Shown piece after piece: positions 50,301 to 61,243 of a stretch of DNA of 64,000 nt (the stretch's first letter is position 1; each line of letters begins with the position of its first letter). Under the pieces are notes generated by a model. It saw nothing but the letters and a program-made list of their open reading frames with translations, did no database searches and was not told where the DNA came from. This DNA is from Raillietiella orientalis (Eukaryota). The position numbers and the translations under genes were made by a program. The DNA lies in the NCBI GenBank assembly GCA_036172245.1, contig JAYWIR010000033.1:434001-498000 (forward strand). Reading direction: 5' to 3'.

Positions 50301-52893
50301 GCCCTGGTGCCTTGCCTCCACCGAGGATTCGGCGTTCTTACGGAAAACCGCACCAACGGGTGATCAGACAGAGTAGTCAACGTGTCTCGAAAACCCTGAA
50401 TGCGATTCCCTAGTTCGGTGCTGTGCAGGACGTGATCGATCGGCTTGTGACTGGCTGTTCGCCACACCAGTCCGAGCTCGTCGGACAGCCGCCGATACTC
50501 CGTCCTTCCTCTGGCGTCTTGGGAATGACTGATCTCATCCAATATGTTGAGATAGCCAGCAACAATCACGTCGTCCTTGCGGCGACCTTTTCACGAAGTG
50601 CTGCATGCAGCGTCTCCGCCCAACGATGTTTCAGCCTGTGCGGCCCGTACACGTTTACCAGCTTAAGGTAAACAGTAGCGGACCAGCCCAATCGCACGCC
50701 GATGATTCGTCCGTGTTGGGGACAGAACACTTCCAGAATAGTTGAGGCCAAGTGGTTCTTGATTAGGACCCCCACACTCTGCGTGTTCCTTTTTTCCTCG
50801 CTGACGAACATGTGCCTGTTGAATCGCAGTTCCATTTACTGACTAATCTCGCGACCCATCTTGTGGGTCTCCTGCTGGCACACTATGTCTTGTTGTGCAA
50901 TGGTCCGCACAATCCTTTTTCTTTTTCCCTGGCCGAGCACACCCTTTACATTTCAGGAGGCGATGTTCAGCCTCCTGGCGGTCGATAGGGAAGAGGCCAT
51001 AAAAGGGGGAGACCTATTTCTTGGCCTTCCTGAGTCTCTTTTGTCTGAGAGAACGTGCTCTTCCAGACAATGAAGAAGCAGCTGGCTTCTCGCTGCTGGC
51101 GGCACTCTCAGTTCCTGTGAGGTCGGTTATTTCCGCTTCCTCCGTCAAGTGTTCGGCCCGCGCGAACAATTTTCGAGATAGCGCCACTATCTCGACCTTG
51201 GCGCAGAAGTTGGTTTTTAAGTCGAGAAGCTGTTCCTCTAGCTTCCCGCGCTTGGTGACTTCCACAAACTGGTTGACCTTCTCCTGTGCATTGCAGAACT
51301 TCTGGAAGATTTTCTCTTGCTGGGAATCGCTGTGCACCTTTAAGACTTCATTAGCCAGTTATGCCAACTTCTGTGTAGATTGCAGGGCCTCTTGCGACAC
51401 CGTAGTGGCTTCGGCTATTTCTTCTCCCGCGCCTTCCGGCGCTAGCTCCATCTTCTCGCCTTCTTGCTCTTCACCTTCCAGGATAAGAAAGGTTTCTTGC
51501 TCCTTGACGTGCATGCTCCTTTTTTTTTTCTTCCCTACCTGTATGAATCCGTCTTTCTATACCGGGAGGGCTTCTTTCAGCTTCTTCGGTCTTCCTGCAT
51601 TATGAGGCTGTTTCGCATCCTTAAGGTTTCTCTCTCTCCCGGGAGAGAGACCTCGAATCCTTCTGCAGTCTGCAAACTCTGGACAGCTTCATTTGGCATG
51701 TCCGTGTTTCTTGCAGAAGGAGCACACCTCCGGCTGCGGGCAGTTTAGGACTTGATGTACTACTCTGCCGCAGTTGAAACAACCACACGTTGGGCAAGCG
51801 CTGGTCTGGTGGCCGAACTGCTTGTATCCGGTGCAGAATACCGGTTGTTCCCGGTGATCCACGTTCACTCCCTAGGATTGTTCGTCGAGAACGGCTAATC
51901 CAGGGATCACAGCTCCCTCTTTCAACTTCATTTTGGCGATTATGTCGCTGGAAAATTATATTTTTAGAGAACTTCTGGAATTCAAGGGCCAGAACTTCCC
52001 CGTACTGTTCCAAAAAGTTCCACACCGTCAATTGCGGTATCAGGGTGGAGTTGCCGTTCAGAAAGACGGTTGTGAATGGCATTTCGCCAATACCACGAAC
52101 CATCCTCCCTTGTATATTGATCCCCTTCTGGATCAATCGCTTTCTAATATTTTCACAGTCTGTGAAGAATGTGAACCCGTTGTTTGCTGGTATGATCGCC
52201 TGTATGGGATCAAAATTGATGTCCGTTTTGACCGAGGGACAGATACACCTCCCTGATATTATTGAACTTGATCAGTTCAGTCTTGAAAATGATAAGCTTC
52301 ACATTCGGCCCTAACTCCACGATCGGCCGATCCACCTTTTGGACTTTTCCGCATAGCGACTTCCCCAATTCTCTTGGCGGGTGGACACTCGCTTTTCCAG
52401 CCGCCACCGACGCATAGGAAAAGGGCTGCGCCGCCGCAGTCGAACAAAATGGCGTCTCGCCCTGCACCGCGTAAACGCCCGCGGGTCCAGCCTGGGACGA
52501 CGACGCCGTGAGCGCAACCGTCCACGTCGCCACCGTTGCTGCAGCGGGCATCACCCTCGGCATCGCCGCCTCAGGCACGACCTTCCCGGCCGCGGGCACG
52601 ATCCTCGGCGTCGCCGCCACGGGCACGACCCTTGGCATCGCCGCCGCCGGCGCAGCAATGCCCGCCGCGGGCGCGATCCTCGGCATGCCTACCACCGCCT
52701 CGCCGTTGCCCCACGTTATTTCCATGGCTTCCATGGAGGACGACGGTCTTTCCACTCGTCCTCCAGGTGCCTGCATCCTGGCAGCTGGTCTTGCTGCACG
52801 GGACGACAGCAGGTCTTCCGCCGTGATCTTCTCGGCGCTTCTTTTGTAGTTTCGTCTGGAAAACTTCCCTTGTCCGGGCTCACACGATCACAA
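47345..52893 (-). mobile_element. Family A copy A4, degraded, about 50 nt shorter at the 5' end, TSD on both sides
   Basis: Colinear with A2/A3: ORF1 52776->51014, ORF2 from 51000. TSDs at 47329-47344 and 52894-52909. Confidence 0.93.
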
Positions 52894-55840
52894 TCACCGA
52901 CTAGGCAGGAGACGAGGAATCTCTCGACTGTCAAGAAGGTGACTTCGTTGCCGTTTGTTGAAGGCGTAGCGAAAGCAACGCCCTCAGAGAGAGCAGCGAA
53001 AATCCCGGAGGTTTCCGCAACTATTGTCGCTCAAGCCTCCGGAAATAGCGAAGTCGAATGGAAGGATGTGGAAAGGAGGAAAGAAAAATCTCCCAAAAAA
53101 GCTTCGCAACATCCACCCTTGAGCTCTTCCAAAGAAAAAAGCAGTCGCGGGAATACGAAAACACGCGCGGCTTGTGCCTTTTCTCAGGAAAGCCAGCGCC
53201 TTTAACGCGTGCAAGTCCGCTTCTGTGACCGCCCAGAAGACCATTCCGGTGCAATCGGACGGATGCAAGCGCACTTCGATCGTGCGAGCATCACACTACG
53301 CAAAGGAGTCCCATAGCGCCGCTGAACGAGCGCCCGATCACATTAGTGAATTCGGACGTCAAGTTGTTTTCGAAACTTTTGTTGGCGCGGACGGGTAGGA
53401 TCGCGGAATCCTTGGTAAGTCCTGAGCAGACGTACGCTGTTCGTGGGAGGTCCATGGACGCGAATCTCTTGTTCATCCGCACATGGCTGCAATTGCAGCA
53501 TCGTCTGGCGGTAAAACGTCGTGCGGAAGCGACGCCTTCGATCTTCCATCGATTGAGGCGCGGGACGCAAATGGAGACAACGGAAGCCTTGGCGGTTGCA
53601 GTCGATTTGCACAAAGCTTTCGATTGCGTGAACCAAAACTTTCTTCTTGAGCTTTTGGAACGTCTGGGTCTTCCGGCATCCCTGTTGGTGTACTTGCGCT
53701 CCTGCTGTCGCCACGCGATTACATCCATTGTTTTCAGTGGCTGTCGCGTGTATAGCGTGCCGGTACGACGAGGAATTAGGCAGGGTGCTAGCTAAAGCCC
53801 GCTGCTCTTCAGCATCTATATTGAATTGGTACTGGAGGCTTACAGGCTGACGCTAGCTAATCTGCCGAGCTCCTGTCCAGGTACGCCGGCCGTGGCAGAC
53901 TATGCCGACGACCTGCTTCTCCTGTTGCCCATGTCTATCCCGGCGACATCGCTTAAAGACTTCTTTGAGTTGATTCGTCGCGGTGCGGGCGTGAGCGTTA
54001 ACAGGAGTAAGTGTATGGTTGTTCCGGTGGGTGCGACGTGGAAGGGGCAGTCCGACTGGATCGACTTTGAGATTCATACGGGCAGGTACCTCAGGAACTT
54101 TGGCGTGCCGTTGGGCGACTTCTGCATCTCAGAAGCGTAGTCGGGCTGCCTTGGAAAGGCAGAGCGTGCACTTGGCCCGTTTTCAGGAGGCGAGTGAGTC
54201 TTGTGGGAACGTGCCTCCTTGTGGAACACCTTCGTTGCCCCCTCCTCCGCCTCCTGGTTTTTGTTTGTGCACTCCCCCAGGAAGTCAAAGTTTGGGCGCA
54301 GCGCCTTCTACGCAAAGCATTGTGGGGCGCTGCAAGATCCCGTGTTAGACTTAGAGACTTAGTGGCGGCGCCTCAGGATGCAGGCTGGGGCATCCTAGAC
54401 TTGAAAAGCATCGAGCTGCATATGCAGTTTCTAATGCTGCGGCTCTGTGCCAAGATTTGGTGTACGCCGTGGTGCTCACCCGCACGACTCATTCTAAGGC
54501 GCTGCACGGGAAGCGAGGGACTGCTTTCGTTGCTACCTTACTTTCGGCACACAAGAATAGGGTTTGGCTTCCCGCCGAGGCAGCTGTTCTCACTGCTGGA
54601 AGTCCAACGCTGGATATTTTGCCGCCCCATGAACATTAATGCGTGGCGGCAGTAATCTTCTTCATCGTGGGCAGCTTCCGAAGGAACGCCTTCGAAAGAT
54701 CTTCGATGCCTGCGACTTCTTTTCAGTCATCAAATGGACGGAGTCATGAAGGACAAGAAGATGTCGGATCATCTGGCCGCCACACCACTCGCCGCAGCGC
54801 TGTCTGCTTGCAGGGCAAGCAACGACGGTTGCCTATCGGCGGAATGGGAGTTCTTCTGCAAAATAGAGGGAGTCAGTAAGCTTCTCGGCAGCTGGACGAC
54901 AAAGTAGCTGGTGCAAGCAGCCACTCCTCGGAATCAAGCGAAGGGCCTGCTTTGATGCAGCGAACATTTAAGTGTGCATCTTGAGGAGATAGAAATTCCC
55001 CCCGTTTATTTGGACAGCTTCGTGTTTCTTCTACAGTGGAAACAAGATGTGCACAATGTACAAAATTTTTGTACATTGTGCATCACACTGTAATAAACAG
55101 CGAAGTATCGTTTCCGAGGGAGCTGCTTTGCCAAACTGTTTAAGGTGCCTAGAGATCGAGTCTTTTCCGCACCTTTTGCTGGACTGCGGTGACCTCCGGG
55201 AACTTTCGCGAAGGCTCACTTCGGCCATTATGCTACAAGGAGGCACTGCCATTGATGTGCTGCGGCGCTTCTTCAGCAGAAATGGACGTTTGGTTGGCGC
55301 GATTGCCGAAACCATATGTTGCGTTCGCTCCATCGTGAAGGCTATCTACGCCCTGGAGTTGTCAGCGCAGCGAAGGTGGGCTAGTCTGCTTGCAGCTTAA
55401 TTCATGGAGAAGGCTTAAAGGTGGTCTCATCTTCGTTACAAGGTGAAAGAGGACATCACCGGCCTACATCGCCGGTTTTCATACCTTTGAGAACGGCGTA
55501 ATCTGGTGACCCCTGCGACCTCTCGCCCACCTATACTAAGTCTCCGTTCGCTCGGTAAAATTTCCGGTGCCCATGCCTTTATCCCCGTGTCTTCCAGAGC
55601 GATCCCAAAGACCCTTATCCCGTCCTCCTTATTCATGTTTTCATTTTATTTTGGTTTCTTTGTGTTCCCCGCCCTCCCCACACCGTCCGCAAAACTGTTA
55701 CTCTTGCCTGCGTGCCAGCAATATTCTCTTTATTCTTGTTCGGTCGTCCATTGGAAGTTTGGTTCCCAACTGATTTATTTTACATGATTTTTTTTGTTGA
55801 TGTAATATGCAATAAACGCCCCGTCTTGACCACGTAAGAA
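52894..55840 (+). mobile_element. C2 3' portion, with an internal deletion that removes the APE
   Basis: Matches C1 15404-15870, then C1 17497-20004; YADD near 53900. Confidence 0.92.
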
Positions 55841-57756
55841 ATCTCTTGCGCCTGTTGTGCGGAGATCACGTGGATCTCCTGCAGCAGCGCAAGTTCGTAC
55901 GACTCCAGAACGGCGGTCATGTCTCGTCTCCTGCCGTCGTCTGTCATTGCGTTCACGTTCTAAACGGCGTTGCGCAGACGACGGCAAAAGTAGATTCCCG
56001 GCATTACTGCTGGGGAGATTAAGGTGTTGGGGAGCCCTCCTCTTCCGATGAGGGCGGGATGTCCATGGTAGTTTCGGCCTTCTCAGGCACCTGAGGCACC
56101 TGTTCGGCCTCCACATCTTCCATCCCCTTCGTGTCCACGCTTGGAATTCCCTCAAGCGACGGGTCCCGCGAGTTTCCCACGCTCATGGCACCCTCATTCG
56201 CAGATGCCATCTCTTCCCCCTCGACGGGGGAGACGAGCTTCCTCGGCTTTGTGGACTTACGTCCAGCCTTCTTGCGGGGTGCCGGGGAAACGGAGGCTGC
56301 GCTTCCGGCCTCCACCTCAGGGTCGGAAGTGATGGACTCCTGAGGGGAGGCCGGACGCCTTACGGCCGTTTTGCCAGCCTTGCATGGTTTGAGCTGCAAC
56401 AAGGCCGCCAGTTCCTCTTCAACTCGCGCGAAGGCTACGTCATCGATGGTGGTGTCGATGACGGACGCCGCCGCCGGCTCGCTCTTCTCGCTGTTGACAG
56501 AGTCAACAGAGGAGTGGTCGCCGGTAGCGGCAAGTTCTTTCTGGCAGCGTTTGCCAACATCGACAACGCATTCGACGACGAAGCTGCAGATTTTAATTAT
56601 CGCGCTAACCTGCTCTTTCTCCTTCTGTTGGTAGGCGATTTTTTTCTCCAACCTCCTCTCGTTCTTTGATTTTTTGGCCGTAGCCACCTGCCACCCATGC
56701 TCCTGGCTAGCTTTCTTGACTTGTTCGGCGTTGTTCGCCGAGTTCTCGGGTGCGGCCTGGGCCTTGGGAGCGGGTGGCACAGCTGTCTCCGCCAGCCTTT
56801 TCTGCAGAAGCCGGGCGCGTTTTTTAAGGCTTCTCTTGGAAACCACACGCACTGCTGCTTCTGGGCACACCCCCCTCGTGTGACCCATTGTGCCGCATAC
56901 TTGGCACTGCACGTTGGGACACGTCTTTTTGAGCTGGCCCGACGTTTTGCAGAAGCCACAGTATTTCGGCTTCCCCACATACCAGAGGTCAACGGTTTCG
57001 CCTTCGAACACCAGATTGTGTGGAAGAGTGCACCCCTCCCGAACGGTTACGCGCGAAGCCGTGAGGCCGTGTTGCAGCCCCGTGTAGTCCTCGAAAGGAC
57101 TAACTTTCGTCCACTGCGCGTGGACCGTTCCGAACTGTTCCAGAGCAGCGCGAACCTGTTCTTTGCGCATTCGCGCGGTTACGCCTAACAGGTGGACCAC
57201 CATGCTGCGGTCTGCCGTAGTAAGAAGGAGCCTACGCGTCCCTATCACAAAGGGGGTTTTGAGCAGTCGTTGGGCAAGCTCTGAATGTTTGCAGATGATC
57301 TTAACGTATTGACTTTCGCTGCGGATGGTCACAGCGCGGACCTCCTCCTCTTTCACATCGAGAGCGCGCATGCCCTTCGAAAAGGCGCGCGCTATCTAAA
57401 GAATAGAGATTGCCTACGTTGTAGAACAATGAGGAATTGTACCCCTCCTCTACATAGGCCGACAATTCCGCCGCGGCTGCAGCGATGGCGCCGACACAAC
57501 GGTGCTCCACGCCCGCACTGCAGCGGGGACCGATTCTGTGAGGGCGGATGCCCCACCTCCATCGCCTCTAGGGGCGACGTTGCCGCCGCTTCCTGGCTCT
57601 CCTTCGCTTCTGGGGGCGGCGTTGCCGCTGCCCCCGGGCCATCTTTGGTGATCGCGTCAGGCATCGCTGCCTGATCGACCACCGATCCACACTACGCTTG
57701 CACTGGGGGAGACTTCCTGGCACAAGGTGCACCAAGAATACACGTCCGCCCTGGAG
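55841..57756 (-). mobile_element. B4 5' portion (ORF1 plus APE start)
   Basis: ORF 56019-57371 with CGFCKTSGQLKKTC and CQVCGTMGHTRGVC. ORF2 ATG at 56004. Confidence 0.92.
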
Positions 57757-59845
57757 TAAGAAAGGCGGTCGACTGCGTATATCAGGATATCCTCCTGGAG
57801 GTCCCGGAACGCCTCGGGCTTCCGGTGCACCTCGTGGCGTATATTCGCGCTTGTTGGCGCCACGCACTAACTTTCATCCCTTATAGCGGCTGCCACGTGT
57901 ACAGCGTGCCGCTGCGGCGGGTCATCAGCCAGGGCGACAGTTTAAGCCCATTGCCCTTCAGCATCTTCTTTGAGTTGGTGCTAAGTGCGTACAGGCTGAC
58001 GCTGGTCAACTTGCCGAGCCTTTGTCCAGGAACGCCTTTTGTGGCGGCCTATGCTGACGACCTGCTTCTTCTTTTACCCATGAGCACCCCGGCGTTCAGT
58101 CTCGAGGATTTCTTCGAGCTGATTCGCCGGGGAGCGTACGTGAGCGTAAGCAGGAGCAAGAGAGTGGTTGTACCTATTGGTGCTGCGTTTAAGGGGCAGT
58201 GCGACTGGATCCGCCTGTGGATGTCGACCGCTTCGTCCACTCAAAATCTGGGCGATCCGCTGGGGTGCATCAGCCCAGTGGAAGTGCGGTCGGACTGCCT
58301 TCGGAAGGCTACGAGTGCGCTGAGCCCGTTCCAGCATGGCAGGTTCCTCCTGTCGAAGCGGGTCGCGATATGGAACACTTTCGTTGCCCTTCTTTTGCGC
58401 CCTCTGTTTTTGGTTAGCCCGCCAACCTACTCGGTGAAGATTCAGGCGCACAGCCTGATTAGGAACGCTTTTTGGGATCCTGCGAGGTCCAGGACCCGCC
58501 TGAAAGCCTTGGCAGCTCCACGACGGGATGCTGGCTTAGGCATTCTGACGCTGGAGAGAATCGAGCTGCAGGTGCATCTTCGAATGTTGGCCCTTTGCGC
58601 CAACGTTTGGTCCACTCCTTTCTGCGCTCCTGCGCGCCTGCTCCTGCGGCGCTGCACCGGCAGCGAAGGACTTCTGTCGCTGCGTCCGCACACGGAGCAC
58701 CCCACGACAAGATTCGGTTTCCCTTTGAAACCACTCTACCGGATCCTGGCACCCCAGGAAAGGATCTCCTGCCGCCTCAGGAAATTTGAAGCCTGGCGGC
58801 AGGAACCGTTGCATGGCTGGGCAAAGCACCAGGATGTTTCCCTCCTGGAACCCTGTTGCGTTCACCTCTCCCCGTAATGCAGGGTGGATGATGTCTGAAG
58901 CAGCCAGGAGAAGTGGACCCCCCTGGCCGTCACCCCTCTCGCCGACGCACTGTAAGCCCTCAGGGTAAGAGATGACAGCTTCGAACCGGCGAGATGAGAG
59001 GTCGCCTGCACCATTGGAGGAACAACACGACCTATTGGCGGCTGGAGGACTTGCGAGCTGGCAGACGCCGCCACGCCTATTCACATCTCGAAGGGACTCC
59101 TCCGGTAGAGCGAACACTTGAGTGTGTCCGCCGAAGAACTTGTGATCCCTCCCTCTTGTTTGACACTTCTGCCTTCCCCCTTTCGTGAAAGCAGGACTTC
59201 ATCATGGTGGTGCATTGGGGTTTTGACTCCAACCAGCAGAAGAACCGTGTTTCCGGGGGAGTTGTCTACTTAAACTGTAAGCGGTGCGGGGAAATGGGAA
59301 CGCTTCCGCACCTGCTTATGGACTGCAATGCCCTTCAAGGACTTTGGCGGAGGCTGGCCTCAGCTCTCCTGCACCAGGGGGACACCGCGAGGGACTTGAT
59401 GCGCCGCTTCTTCACGCCAGGCGGCCTGTCTATGAGTGCTGTAATTGCAACCGTGTGTTGCACCCGTGCCAACGACAAGGCCCACCGAGAGTTGGAGAAG
59501 CTGACCATTCATCCTCAGACCAACTGATTAGCCAGCACAAGCATGTCGTCGGCTGCCGAGTGGGCCCATCTGCCACAGGACGTAAGGAGAGAGATCGTCG
59601 GCATCTATCGCCGGTTTTGAATGGAAGGAACGGACTCGCCAAAGACCCCTCTCCTCTGCCCACCATATTTTTATTTTACATTTTTATAGTAGTGTATTTG
59701 TGGTTCCCTTTCTCCCGTAGCGGACTTTCGCCATAACGACCTGCGTGTCGGGGATCCCACCCCCTTTGTATCTTGTTTTCCCCATTGTGAGGTACCCTGT
59801 TCTCGGATAGTTCTTAACAAACGCCTTGGAGCACTCAAGTTACAA
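57757..59845 (+). mobile_element. Element F 3' portion (RT from KAFD, zinc finger, 3' UTR)
   Basis: ORF 57825-58877 with SQGDSLSP and AYADD; CKRC..LPHLLMDC (59204-59527). Confidence 0.9.
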
Positions 59846-59885
59846 ATAGCCGCCATACAGAGATTCGTTCGATCTAGTGCGCTCG
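59846..59885 (-). mobile_element. 40-bp island of B-type APE coding sequence between the F and C3 insertions
   Basis: atagccgccatacagagattcgttcgatctagtgcgctcg aligns without gaps to B3 36810-36849 atagccgccctccggagatccgttcgatctcttgcgcttg. Confidence 0.8.
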
Positions 59886-61243
59886 CACAGTGCAGACGTG
59901 TTTTCGCGTCTCTCCGCGTCCGCAATCGAGCATCTTTGTGCGTGCGTTTTCGCTAGCACTTTTGTGTTTCTTGGAAGTGGACGGAGCCGCGTTGTGCAGT
60001 ATGGCTATTTCTGCTAATGGATTGAAGAAGACAGCCGTCGAACCCAATTCAATTGGAATGGAAGCGGCCACATCCTCCGTGACAGTTTCCCCGCCTTCGA
60101 TTAAGCGCTACACCGCCGTCACCTCCCAGGGAACAGAACCCTGCGATGCAGAGTTGCAGGCTTATGTGGCATCCGGCTACATGCCCACACTTCGTTATAA
60201 GGTCAATGGGTCCCTTTACGGGAGGAACGAACGTGAGCTCATCGATGAGCTCGTCCGGATCGGCGTTCGGGAGGAGGAGCTCCTTGCCATCATGCCTGCG
60301 GGCAGGATGGAATACACCAAGATTCGCTGCAAAAACGCGGCACTTGTGCAGCGCCTTCTCCGTACTCTGTTGTCCATCGGTGGCAAGGAAGTTGTGCCTT
60401 CAGTGATGGATGACTCCTTTGTCGTCCAATTGTTAGACATCGAGCCGGAAATCTCCGACCGCGATGTCGTAAGTGTGCTGGCGAAGTTCGCTACCGTGGA
60501 CGCTCTGTGGAGGAGGCCAAATCCTCTGAAGGTTTCTCCTCTTTGCACATTGGACAAGCCTCCGCGAGGATCACCATCCCGAACAGGCGTGTTGTGCTCC
60601 AGCAGCTGCAGGTGAACGGCACGATCGTTCACCTGCGGTTTCTAGGACAGACTCGCGCGTGCGAGCATTGCGGCAAGGGGGGACACCGAATAAACGAATG
60701 TCCCACCCCGAAATGCCGCTATTGCGAAGAAACCGGGCACGTTATAAAAAAGTGCCCGGTCCTTGCAAAGAAAAGAGCAGCAGCGGAAGTTCATCGCGTC
60801 CAAGAGACCAACGCACGAAAGGCCGCTGCCTCCAAGAAAAAGTAGTGTTCGCGGAAGCTTGGCAAAAGAGCCAAGCAATACGCGGCAATACAAAAGGCGC
60901 CCCCGCCCGCAACGTCACAAAAGGGAGAAATCGCGGCGATGAAGTCAATTAAAAAGGGGTCTGAGGGTTCGACGCGTGCCGTGCCCGTTCTCGCTGCCGT
61001 AATGGGAAACACCTGTTCAAGCCTGGAACCGTGGAATATCCGAAGAACCTCGGTAGGAAAGGTAGGTAAGCAAGAAGATCGCCACAGTGCGAAGACCTCC
61101 AGCTTTAACCCGCTGTCTCTTCCGATACCGCCAAACTCCCAGTCCAACGTAGGGGTCTCTGCGGCGGATACCAAACCCGTAGCAAGGCGCGGCGCGCCGC
61201 GCAAAAACACACTGCAGGCAGCGGCATCTTCACCGACTTGGCA
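59886..61243 (+). mobile_element. Family C copy C3, 5' UTR plus ORF1 up to the A target
   Basis: GYMPTLRYKV, CEHCGKGGHRINEC, CRYCEETGHVIKKC. Ends in TCACCGACTTGGCA. Confidence 0.9.
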
